This document shows, piece by piece, positions 1-10,694 of a stretch of 64,000 bases of DNA. Source of the stretch: Vitrella brassicaformis CCMP3155 (taxonomy: Eukaryota; Protista; Chromerida); the NCBI GenBank assembly GCA_001179505.1, contig CDMY01000482.1:4103-68102 (forward strand), in the 5' to 3' direction. A program made the translations under genes and the position numbers. Under the pieces are notes generated by a model, which saw only the letters and a program-made list of their open reading frames with translations, searched no databases and was not told the origin of the DNA. Each line of letters opens with the position of its first letter. Position 1 is the first letter of the stretch.

Positions 1-1560
1 CCGGCATCGCTCCCCAATACGGCCACCATCTACACAAACATCCGCAAGGCCGTCACGCTGCAATTCGGTGCTGGTGCGTGCCATCTGACGAAGCGGCTGG
101 CCATCGGCATTGCGTGCGGCACAATCAGTGAAGGTGCGGCGCGCAGTCTCATCGAGCAGGGGGCCAACATCAAGGGCGGCATCCAGGAGTGGCATGGGGG
201 CGACATCAGCCTGGTGCAACTGGTGGTCGCATACCATTACGGCTCATCGGCTGGCAACCTGCTCCGGGCACTTCTCGACGCCGGGGCGCCGATCGACGGG
301 AGCACCGATGACGCGAAGCATAGGAGTTTGCTGATTGCAATCAGTCGAAGGCGGTGGGCGCTGCTGGAGATCCTGCTCAAGCCGCAATACAAGGCGGCCG
401 TCAACGGCATGCAGCTGCTGTCGGAGCTGGGCGTAGAGGGCAAAGAGGAGAAGGGCCTGTCGCCGGCTGCCCACCTGCACATCGTCAAGAAGATCGCCGA
501 GCTCGACCCCTCTGTCCTCACAGAAGTGGACGGCAACGGCAAGCAGCCCATCCACCGCTACTGCCAGCGCCCCCTCACCAGCGCCAAGTACCAGCAGCAG
601 CTCATCGACTACTTTGTCGAGGTGTGCGGGCGCGACATCGTCAACGCAACAGACAGTGACGGCAGGGGGCCGCTGTGGGACGCCTATTTCTCGACGCACC
701 TCAGCCGCACAAAGACCATCCAACGCCTGTACCACTTCGGTGCAGCAGGGCACATCAACACGCCCAACAGGAGCGGGCGCACTCTGCTGTGGGACCTGGC
801 GCGGGAGATGACTCACGACGACGAATACGAGCCTTCGGATGTGCGGGTCGAGCCTGATCTGCTGGACTTGCTCACGCACGGTGCCTCGCTGACGGCTGCC
901 GGCGTGACCCCACAGAGGGCTATCAGAGAGGCCAAGGATGAGGAGTATGAGAGGGAGCACGGCCGCCGCGGCGAGAGGATGAGGGACTACGACGGCTGGT
1001 ACAGCGACTCTGAGGACGACTATTGGGACGAGGCAGACTGGCCCCTTAGGAGGATCGTGAAGGCATACGGCACACTGCTGAACCGCAAGATCCCTCGCCG
1101 GGCCATCCGGGCCATCAACACCGCTCTGCAGCCCAGCCGCTCCATCACGGCCTCGCTAGCCCGACCCATCCGCATCAGCGAGACGACACACGTCGCTCTC
1201 CCTCCCGAGATCCAGACGACGATCGCCTCCCTGCTGACCCCCTCCCCCTCCCTCTCCATCGGGGAGAACCCAGTCGGCACACGCATCAACCACGCCATGC
1301 AGCGGTACGTGACGGCCGCCAGCCGCACTATCTTCCAGCAGGGCAACGTCCATGTGCTGCGGGGTGTGGCGGGAGCGCCGGGGCAGCCGCCCCAGCCACC
1401 ACTGCGCCCCTTCGTCACTGGGGCAGACCGCCGGATGGGCATCTGCGAGGTGATCTTTCGAGCGGTGCGATCCGAGGCGCAGCGGTGGGGCATCAAGCTG
1501 ACACTCAAGCACGAGATGGGCAATGACGAGAGCATCCTCAACACCATGCGGGTGGCGTGA
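1..1560 (+). CDS. Ankyrin-repeat-like family protein with a C-terminal F-box/SOCS-like motif (copy A, 5' end outside window)
   Basis: Frame 1 is open from base 1 (PASLPNTATIYTN...) to TGA at 1560. Ankyrin-like segments (LLRALLDAGAPID, TEVDGNGKQPIH, DSDGRGPLW, LLTHGASL) and LPPEIQTTIASLL. Colinear with the paralogs at 39540-41717 and 53051-55261. Confidence 0.8.
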   Translation, partial: PASLPNTATIYTNIRKAVTLQFGAGACHLTKRLAIGIACGTISEGAARSLIEQGANIKGGIQEWHGGDISLVQLVVAYHYGSSAGNLLRALLDAGAPIDGSTDDAKHRSLLIAISRRRWALLEILLKPQYKAAVNGMQLLSELGVEGKEEKGLSPAAHLHIVKKIAELDPSVLTEVDGNGKQPIHRYCQRPLTSAKYQQQLIDYFVEVCGRDIVNATDSDGRGPLWDAYFSTHLSRTKTIQRLYHFGAAGHINTPNRSGRTLLWDLAREMTHDDEYEPSDVRVEPDLLDLLTHGASLTAAGVTPQRAIREAKDEEYEREHGRRGERMRDYDGWYSDSEDDYWDEADWPLRRIVKAYGTLLNRKIPRRAIRAINTALQPSRSITASLARPIRISETTHVALPPEIQTTIASLLTPSPSLSIGENPVGTRINHAMQRYVTAASRTIFQQGNVHVLRGVAGAPGQPPQPPLRPFVTGADRRMGICEVIFRAVRSEAQRWGIKLTLKHEMGNDESILNTMRVA

Positions 1561-1829
1561 CGTAGTGGCTGTTCGAGAAGGAGCGGGACATCGGATTAGC
1601 ATATGGGGGGAGGGCTACGGTAGAGGGAGAGGAGGGAGCGGGGCAGTGAAGTAGCAGATGGGACCCAGGCGATGGGTCGATGGCTGCTGCTCACTCAGCC
1701 AGTGATGGTAGCGAGGCGTCCCGTGAGCCGGACACACTTAGACAGCTGACAGGACGGACATATCAGAACTTTGCAGCTTCGTCGTGCCGTGCCATGTCGT
1801 GCAGTCAACGGCACCTTCTCCGGTAGACA

Positions 1830-1876
1830 GCCCATTTATAGGTGAAGACTTCGATATGAACGCCCATTTATAGGTG
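1830..1876. repeat. 15-bp direct repeat GCCCATTTATAGGTG, two copies
   Basis: Exact copies at 1830-1844 and 1862-1876, separated by 17 bp, between two convergent genes. Confidence 0.9.
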
Positions 1877-1918
1877 CTGACTGATGCAATCAATTCATCC
1901 ATCCAGTCGCCCTCTCTT

Positions 1919-3761
1919 TCACTCTGTCGGTGGCTTTGGTCTGCCCTCCCTCTGCCTCACCCACCTTTCCACATCCATCGACGGGTCAAACCCACCCAAA
2001 GGAGACGCCACCACTGCCCAATCAGGCGTCCGCCGCCAGTACACCTCAGGACAGCACGACACACTCTCTACTACACCACCCCCACTACCCTCACCCCGGC
2101 CCCCCATGAGGTCATGGAACCTCTCAAAGTCTATCCATGTATGCCACTCCCCCGTCACATCGTCCCGCAATCGGTGGCTGGCGATCAGCACCGAGTTGGA
2201 GTGGGCATGCTCACACGCCAATGAGTAGGATGCGGCCGCCGACACCGCACCCGCATGACCAGCTTCTGCTCCATCACCACTCGGTTCGTTGCTCAGGGCC
2301 TCGACGAGCTGCTGGGCGAATGCCTTGGTTTCCCACTGCTGCGGCACATTCGTCATCCGCAGCTGCATTTGCCTCGACGCGCCAGGGAAGGTCATGCCTT
2401 TCACCTCAACCAAGTCGGGCCGGCCGCGATGAATCAAATCAGCATAGCCCTGCACCTCGGTGTCGTTCCACTCCTTGACGACGGTCAGCCGAAACACTGT
2501 CCTCTCCCGCCGCTCTCGAAGCGCGTCAACCGAGTCGAGCAGACGGCCCCACGCATCCTTGAACAAAGGCCGGTCTATCTTCACGAGGGCGTCCTCTGAC
2601 GGGGCATCGACCGATAGATAGAGCTGCGTGACGGGCGACAGGGTGCGAATCAGCTCGGGATGCTGGCCGTTGGTCACGAGAAAGGTCGAGATGCGGCGCT
2701 CGTGGAGCATGGCGGTGAGCTGGTTGATGTGGGGGTACATGATTGGCTCGCCGACCAAAGACAGGGCGCAATGCTGAGGGCTCAGGGCCTCTTGTAGCCG
2801 CTCTGGTGTGACGCCCGGCGCAGAGGCCATTTGCTGGACCATCCTCTTGTGTGCCGCAACAGCATGCTCGATGATCATCTCTGGCGGATCAGCAGTCCAC
2901 CGGAAGCCTTTGCTCACGGGGTGGGTGTGGTGGCGCCTGACGTCAGCAACGCAGTAGCACAGAATACACAGCACAGCATCCCACAATGAATGCAAGAGAT
3001 CCGGTCAGGTCGGCTCACCAGCAGAAGACACATCGATTCGCACACGCGAGGGATGTGGTGGTCTCCATGCACCTGGTGAACAAGGAGCTGCAGAGAAATG
3101 ATTCATACCTTCTACCTACCGCACCTGTGCGACTCGATGCCGTAGAAGGTGTGCTTATAGCATCCGCCCCGCCCTTTCATTTGGCTCTTTGTCCACCGAC
3201 ACATCTATGTCACCACACAAGAACACACACACACACACACTGCAGTCAGTAGTGTGTCATTCATATCGCCCCGGCGCAGCCGACCTTGACGGCGCTGTGA
3301 GTGCCGACCAGCTGATAGCCCTGCTGAGAGAGATTCTGCCTCAGCAACGGGTTGAGCATCTCAGGCCGCTGGTTCCCTGCAGATGGCGATGAGCCGTATC
3401 CTTCATTCGCCTTGAGCGAAGCTGTGATGCTGAAGCGCCTTGATGATTGGAGAAAGATCTTTCCAGATCTCAACCTGCATGGGGTGGGATGTGCGACCTT
3501 CATCCTTGCGACCTTCGTCCCTGTCGTGCTTTAGTCCAACTCCCCGCAGCGATTTCACGAAACGCGAGCTGGGAGGCGATTCCGTGCCGGCTTTCGCCTG
3601 TTCTCTGGGGCTGTCTGCCGCCGTGTGCGTCTACTCGAAGCGTCCCTACAAGGTGGCAGCGTCTTGCAGAAATCCCATGAGTCCTTGTCCAGATCGAAGA
3701 GGAGAGTGTGTTCATGAGCCGTGAGGACAAACGCCGGGCAAGAAGTGTCCTCTCGCTTCAT
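1919..3761 (-). CDS. TYW1: tRNA wybutosine-synthesizing radical SAM enzyme (4-demethylwyosine synthase), multi-exon; start codon uncertain
   Basis: Spliced exons read QQGYQLVGTHSAVK|MCRWTKSQMKGRGGCYKHTFYGIESHR|CMETTTSLACANRCVFCW|RHHTHPV...HCALSLVGEPIMYP...FLVTNGQHP...QLYLSVDA...RTVFRLT...EVKG...ACEHAHSN. These carry the CxxxCxxC radical SAM motif and typical TYW1 motifs. GT-AG junctions at about 2937-3018, 3073-3124 and 3205-3284. Confidence 0.93.
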
Positions 3762-3995
3762 TCACAGGCAGGCTATGCTCCCACCCCACACAACAAACAG
3801 AAACACGCAGGCAGCTGCACACCGCTCAACACCCATACGCCGCACACTCCACCCATACGCCCAGCAAGTGTTGGGAACAGTGAGGATACATGAGGACTAC
3901 AGAGAGAGCCCCACCACAGCCGCCTTATCTGAAGACGGCCCGGCCCGCCCACTACATCAATCACACAACGACACGTGGGACACCAGCATGCCTGA

Positions 3996-6568
3996 CTAGG
4001 CCACCTGCAGCTGCTTCTGCGATGGGGTGCCAGTGGGCTGCTGGTCCCTCGCCATCTCAGTGCTGTCATTCGGCTCTCCATTTGGCGCTCCCGCGCCGTC
4101 ATTTGACAACATGGCCTCGTCCCATTCCATCCGCCTCCGAATGCGGCCAAACATGAAGTGCTGAAACAGACAAAGCCAGACACACACATGACAATTAATA
4201 GCATGTTGACACTGCCGTCTAATCTGTAGTGTGTGTACCTCAGTGCTCCATCCCTCCCGCTGCAGGCAGCTCAGGAGTGTGGGGAAAGTCTTGTCGGCCA
4301 CAGATTGCGCCAGCTTGATCAGGGGCAGCAGCGCCTTGACAGAGTGGGTCGACTGCCGCATTCGGGCACACTCGATGCGCCAGGCAATCGGGCGGGGCAG
4401 CAGCTGCTGCCACAGGGCCGGCGGCTGTGGGCTTGGGCTTGACGTGCTGCTGAGGAAGGCCTGGAGGTACTGGCGGGCGAGCAGGCTCTTCAAAATGTCC
4501 ATTCCCTTCGCCTGTGTGTGCAGCACCACCGTCGCCTCGCTCGGCTCGGGCAGCAGCAGGTACTTCTCATCACGGAAGATCCGCACAAGGGATCGCAGCT
4601 CGTCAGGTGTGACGCAGCTCTGCCTGATGGTCTTGAACAGGTGGGGGCCGCCTCGTGCAGGCATCACCACGCGCTCGGTGCAAGCGACGTGCTGCGGGGT
4701 GGGGATGGCCAGTTGGTCGGTGGCCAGAGAAGTGGCCGAGGCGATGGTCAGCGCCGAGGAGAGCTTGTTGGTGGGGCCGCGGTCGAACCCCCGCTCGTTG
4801 AAAGACTCCACGGCAGCTGTGGCGTCGCTGCTGGTGCTGTTGGTGGTCTCGGTGGGTGACGATGCCCCACTCATGTTGTCAGGGATGAGTGGCGGGACGG
4901 CCGCGAGTGTCTCGTCCACAAACTGTGAGATGACCATGTTGGCCCGCTCATGGTTGAGCCACCGAAACACCACACTGCGGATCTCCCGATAGATGGCGTA
5001 CATGTCGATAGTCGACAGGATGATGTAGGCCAGGCCGATGGAGGCCTGCCCCGTGCCGATCATGCGCGACAGAGTGATGCCGAAGCACATCCCCAGGAGG
5101 TCCACGACGGCCACCTGGGCCTCGCCCTTGGCCGTGATGTCGCCGATGTTGCGGCTGCCGCCGGCGAACGAACTGTAGACGGCGTTGCGCGTGGCCGACG
5201 ACGTGAGCAGCGACATCTGCTTCATCGTGTTGGCCAGCGTGGCGAGCAGCAGGAATGACGTCGGGAACACGTACGTCGTCACCTCCAGACCGTTGCCCAT
5301 GGCGTACAGCAGCGAGCTCCGAAACCGCCACCGCTTCGCGTCCACATCGAAGGACCGGCCCATCTTGGACGCCCACAGGAAGCGCCCGATCTTGCCGAGG
5401 GCGTCCTTGAGCACCCACGAGACGGCAGCCGCCTGCCCGAGCCGCCTGGCCTTGATGCCGAGAGCCAGCAACAAGGCCTGTGTGCCGAAGACGTTGGCCG
5501 TTGCCGACACCAGCCGCTGGAAGGCTCGCCACCTGGTGTAGCCGTAGTAGTCGGGCGTGACGTTGTCGGGGACGAAGGCGCTCTTGAGGGTGTCCTTGAT
5601 CTTCCGCGGGATGTGCTTGGCGAGCGGCAGGTGCTCGCCATCGACCGACTGGGCGACCGATGAGATGAAGAATCGCTTGGTGTCCTGGTCCCAGATGATG
5701 CGCCGCCTCCCTGACCCGCTCGACTCGTAGATGGCGTCGGAGTCTACCGGGTCCCTGCCCAGCAGGTTGCAGGCCAGGTTGGTCAGGTGGTGGGAGGGGA
5801 GGGCGTCGGGGACCTCATCGGGCTCACCGTTGCCCGTCACGTCACCTGCAAACACGTACAGGCAGCCACCTCAACGATAGATACGATTGCATATTTCTTC
5901 CTGTGGCTCGGCTCACTTTCGCTGAATCCGTCCGCCACGTTGCCAAGGACTTCGAGCTCCTCTGGGGAGAAGTGTGCCGAGAACTTGGCCGTCTCGAAGC
6001 GCACCTTGATAGGCGTCTCTGCCGTCAGGTTGGGGTATTCCAGGACCTTCTCCACCCGCCCCACAAAGCCCTTTGGATTCAGCCCGCATGGCTGGAACTC
6101 CCGTTTGTGAAAAAAGCGCACGTGGCTGGCCGTCACGCGCACGATGTCGCCCACACGAGGGCATGGGGCCGGTGGCTCGGGGTCGCTGGGCACATCTGCG
6201 TCTGCGGCCGTGTCCTCGGCGGTCTGTGTGAGCTTCGTGAGCTGTGATGACGCCGCTGAAAAAGCGACCAGTCTGCTGCTTGACAGTCTGCTGCTTGAGC
6301 CAGATCGCCATGGAATGACCTGAACACGACATCAACTCAACACACAGTACAGGAGATGAGTGGCTGTCTGTGCGTGGCTGTGTGCATGATCTGCCTCGCT
6401 AACCGCTTTGGATCTGAGATCTTTGGTGAGTCTTGATGGGAGGAACTCGGGGCGGCTGGAGAGGCTCTGAAAGGCGCTGCAGAGGCGGAAGCAGATGTAG
6501 GTGAGCAGCAGGGATGGACCGCAGACACGCTGTGCCGTCGGAAACCTTCTCCGACGCCTCCGAGCCAT
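3996..6568 (-). CDS. RUS1/DUF647 (root UVB sensitive family) membrane protein with an N-terminal FTR variable-chain-like domain and a probable bipartite plastid presequence
   Basis: Exons 6568-6404, 6319-5917, 5845-4239 and 4160-3996 splice in frame at GT-AG sites. DUF647 motifs: VTPDYYGYTRWR, FGTQALLLALG, WVLKDALGKIG, FDVDAKRWRF, NIGDITAKGEAQ. Exon 2 has VGDIVRV...GFVGRVEKV...PIKVRFETAKFSAHFSPEELE. Confidence 0.85.
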
Positions 6569-6749
6569 CGTCGCTCTCAAAATGGCAACTGCAGAGGGCC
6601 CAGGCAGCTACGTGCACGCGCGAACTCCCACTGCAGCCGCCTTCACTTCAAGATCGCTACTGCAGTAAGCTCGCAGACCTCGGGATCTTCGCGTGCTCCC
6701 TGAAACCGCTGCTGCTCGGGATCTTCGCGTTTCCCTTGGGCTCTTTGCC

Positions 6750-8610
6750 ATGACGATATGGAGGAGTCAGCGAAACCTCTGTAAGGGCGTGAGGCTCCTT
6801 CAGCAAGATGTTCAAGAGCTGCTGGAAAAGCCACTGTGTCATTCTAAGGAGGAGGATGGAGATGAGGGCGAGGATGATGAGGAGCTGGAGAACATCGCGT
6901 TGTGGAGCGGCGGCCTGTGTCTGCCCTTTGATCCGGATGAGTATGTCGGGGCGGTGACCATCAAGACTGATCAAGGAGGATCTGGCGAGCGCTTCGTGGC
7001 AAGCAGGGATCTAGACGCTGGGACCCTTGTTCTCGCCGAATGCGCCATTGCAACAGGCGTCAAGGCCGTCAGCTTCTACCGCTCCCTGTACAACGACGCA
7101 TCGGCGAGCGAGGCCGACTTGCCGATGGGCATCGACACTGCTGGTGTGCTATCCGCTCTCGTGGATGTCATCCTCGTGGCGGCAGAGGAGTCGACAAAGG
7201 CTCTGAGGGATGTGTTTGGTAAGCTCAAGGGTCTGTACCCCCGGACCAAGAAGGAGCTGAAGCAGCTGGGCAAATGGGAGAGCGGCGAGACGCGGGGGAT
7301 ACTCGACAGGCATCTTGACAAGGAGCTGACCGATATGCTGCAGCGGATCCGTGGTCGTGTTGACATCGACGACCCTGCGAGAGAGAAGGAGCGGCTCAAG
7401 TGGGTGGTCAGCCTCAACGCTCTCGGCATGTACCAGCAGTCCGAGCAGTTCTGTTACAGCAAGGCAGGCTTCGACAAGATGGAAGCTGTCGGGTTGTTCT
7501 TCCTCGCATCCTTCTTCAATCACAGGTGACCCACACGACCAGCCACCCACCCAGAGCCGCCGGCACACGCACGTGTGTGTTGAGCGCCTTGTCTGTCTGT
7601 CTGTCTGTTTTCCTTCAGCTGCTCTCCCAATGTGTGTCGATACTCCATCAGCGAGTGGATGCTCTTCCACACAATCAAGCCTGTCAAGAAGGGCGAGCCC
7701 CTCACCATATCCTACGTCGAGGAGGAGCACCTCGAGGAGCCCCTGTGGCTGCGCCGTGCCGTCCTCGCCGAGAACGGATACCAGCGCTTCAAGTGCGTGT
7801 GCCCCAAGTGTGTGGAGCAGAGGGACGACCCGTCGCAGACAGAGGAGGGCTGTCCGGTCATGCAGCCCTTCCAGGATGGCTTTGACGAAGAGCTGCTCAA
7901 ACTGCCGCCAAATCAACGACTGCAACACATACAGGTGGACACACACACCATCCCACACACAGGAAAACACACTGACGCACAAATGCCATCTCGGTAATCT
8001 GCCGTGTCCTCAGGAGGTCAAGAGCGCAGTTGAAGAGGCCCTCCAGACCCGCCGTGTGCTGCTGTCCGACCGCATCCAGCTGAGTCTCATGGAGGGAGCG
8101 GCACACGCGCAGCTGAGGAACTTCGACGAGGCAGATCGGGCCTGGGGCAGAGCGTATGAGGTCGCCACTGAGGCCCTTCCTGACAATGACGAGCATCTAG
8201 TGGCCCTGTCGACCCTTCTCGCCTGCTGCGCTGCCTGCCTGCCGCCATCTGAGCAGAGCCACTTCATGCTGGAAACGTGGCTCGCCACAGCCGTCAGGTG
8301 AGTGAGTGGGCCGACACACATTTAGCATCAAGTGGGATACGAACGAAGCGTGTGTGTCTGTGAGTGTCTCTGCAGGATCCACAGTGTCTGTTTCGGCGGC
8401 GGCGTGCACCTGTACCGTCAGCGATATCGAGTCGAGCTGCAGCAGCTGGACAACTTTCCCCCCGACACCCATGACACCGTCCGAGAGGCCATCTCGAGTG
8501 TGTTGACGAGGCTGGAGTGCGCCGAGATGCGGCAGAGAGTGGTCGCCAGGAGGAAGCGAAAGATACTGCATCGGATGTTTGTGTGGACGAAGCGAAGGAG
8601 GCCTGCATGA
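6750..8610 (+). CDS. SMYD-like SET-domain lysine methyltransferase with a C-terminal helical/TPR-like region
   Basis: ASRDLDAGTLVLAE (SET-N), GLFFLASFFNH|SCSPN, KKGEPLTISYV and post-SET FKCVCPKC. About 4 exons. Confidence 0.87.
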
Positions 8611-9008
8611 ATGAGATTGTAGTGTGTCGTGTTGTGTGTTGGTGGTGATGCGATCGGTGATTTGCTGGGGTGGTGCACGACTGGTGAATGCCGTTGTGTT
8701 TATTTACGAGTGTGGAAGGAACGGCTGGTGTGCAAATTGCGGTTATTTAAGTACTCGGCGCCTCGCCGGCCACCAACAGAGTGTGACGATTGGTTGATCA
8801 TAGACAGACAGACAGACAGACATTCATCATTGGGCCGGCGTTGCCAGAAGTCCTCACATACAAAACACTCCATGAGACAGACAGACACGTGCGGCAATCA
8901 ATGGCCGAAAAGGGCCTCAGCCATCCATCCAGGCCACTCACTCATTCACTGCACACACCGCCACACTATATAGAGCTCCCTTTCCACACGCACAGCCGCC
9001 CCGCCCCC

Positions 9009-10287
9009 TCAGTGCATTCCCATCTCTTTCTGTTCCTTCTGTGAGTACTTGAGCGCCTGCCTCTTCCGCAGCTCCAAATAGCCGTCGAACGGCTGCAGCA
9101 GCGATGCGGTCTTGGGCAGCGATGACGACACCGGATACTTGGTCACATCGGGGTGTGACGGCGGCCACACGACGGGGAAGGCCTTACACGTCATCTCTCC
9201 CCCCTGGCACAACGCCACATCGAAGTTGGGATACCCTCTCGCCTCGCCAGCCGGCAAATCGAAACGGGCATCCTACGACAAACAGACAACGCAACACAAA
9301 CCGCCGCCACTGCAGAGCTCCCCCATCCATTTAATCATTGCCAGCCCGCCCACCCACCTCGCCCATCCAGCGTGTCGAGAAGGCCCTTCGCCGCAGCGTG
9401 TGGCTGGCGTTGGGCGGCGCCGAGTGCAGCATCTTGGCGTTGAACACCAGACAGTCACCCAGCTGCATGTCGTAGGAGAGGATGTCGTAGTCGCCTCGGT
9501 TGTTCTCGATGTCGGGCACTCTTGGCAGCAAGCCGTTCTCCATGCCGGGGTAGACCTGCCCATCTGCAAAGCGAAAAGGGGCGAATGCTTTGCCCCACTT
9601 GTGGCTGCCCCTGACGAACTCCAGACACGTCGACTGCGGCACTGGGTCCAGAGGCAGCCTGCCGGACAGCATACACGATGAAACAGAGAGCGGCCGCGAT
9701 TCCTGCGCCCACCCACCATATTGAGCAGATCTGGTCGCCGTGAACTGCCCAATATGGCAGATCCTGATGCCACACGGTCCGCTGCGCGGTATTGGGCTCC
9801 TTGACGAAGAGGAAATCGCTGCAACCAACCAGAATGAGAGCCGGTTGAGATGTGCAGTGCACGTCAGTCATGTCGTTTAATGCACTCACTAGAAGAAGTT
9901 GCAGCGGTCGGCCCTCATGACCTGCGCCGCGATGAATGCAGCCGGCGAAGCCAACACAAAATGCTGGAAGGCTGGATACTTGCGCGAGCAGTCCATCTCA
10001 CCGCAGAACCGACCTGAAAGGCAGAAAGAAAGAAGAAGAGCATGTGTGGGCCCTGACCTCTCTCCGAAACGGCAGCTCTCGCACTCACCCGCCTCGCCCT
10101 TGGGCGTGTAGACCTCCAGATCCTCATTGCGCTCGTCTCTCAGGACCTCGTCAACAGCTGTCTGGAGGTGCTCAATCCATTCCGTGCTGAACAATTGCCG
10201 CAGACACGCCACGCCATCCCTCTGGTACTCGGCAATAGCGTCGGGCGGCACGACAGGTGGATCTGCTGAGCCCTGCGGAATGGTCAT
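9009..10287 (-). CDS. Phytanoyl-CoA dioxygenase (PhyH) family Fe(II)/2-oxoglutarate dioxygenase
   Basis: YQRDGVACLRQLF, LFVKEP...WHQDLPYW (HxD), LEFVRGSHKW, GDCLVFNAKMLHSA (distal His), RRRAFSTRW. About 5 exons. Confidence 0.9.
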
Positions 10288-10694
10288 GATGCAGATGTAA
10301 AAAAGGCTGAAATTCAGGCTTGCTCTTGACCGGCGAGATTCTCGAGAGAAAGGAGACGAAGCGCGCATTTCTTTGGAGACAGACAGTTAATTTTTCAATT
10401 CCTCATCCATTTCCTCAGCTGCGTCCGTCTGTGTGTCTGTCACTTGCTGTGGTTCGGGTGAATGAAAGCTGAGCGCCTCTGCATCCTTCCCTCTCTCTCT
10501 GCTCAATGTCTGTCTGGTATGAGTGCGGCGTGATTGATATGGCGATGCATCCCATTCCCCACGGGCCCGGCAGTGACCACTGAGGACCGTTGGGCGACAT
10601 TCAGGAGTGCATTGCCGCCTCCCATCTGCCTCACTCGCACCGCCACCACCACTTTCACCCCCTTTGCCACGGTAGAGCAGCCCGCGAGCCCGGC

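Noticed and set aside
1830-1876. Repeat-spacer-repeat resembling a mini CRISPR array
   Set aside because: Only two 15-bp copies with a 17-bp spacer, eukaryotic context and no cas genes.
4161-4238. Apparent insertion VHTLQIRRQCQHAINCHVCVWLCLFQ in the RUS ORF
   Set aside because: A 78-nt stop-free GT-AG intron read through by the ORF finder, not a protein feature.
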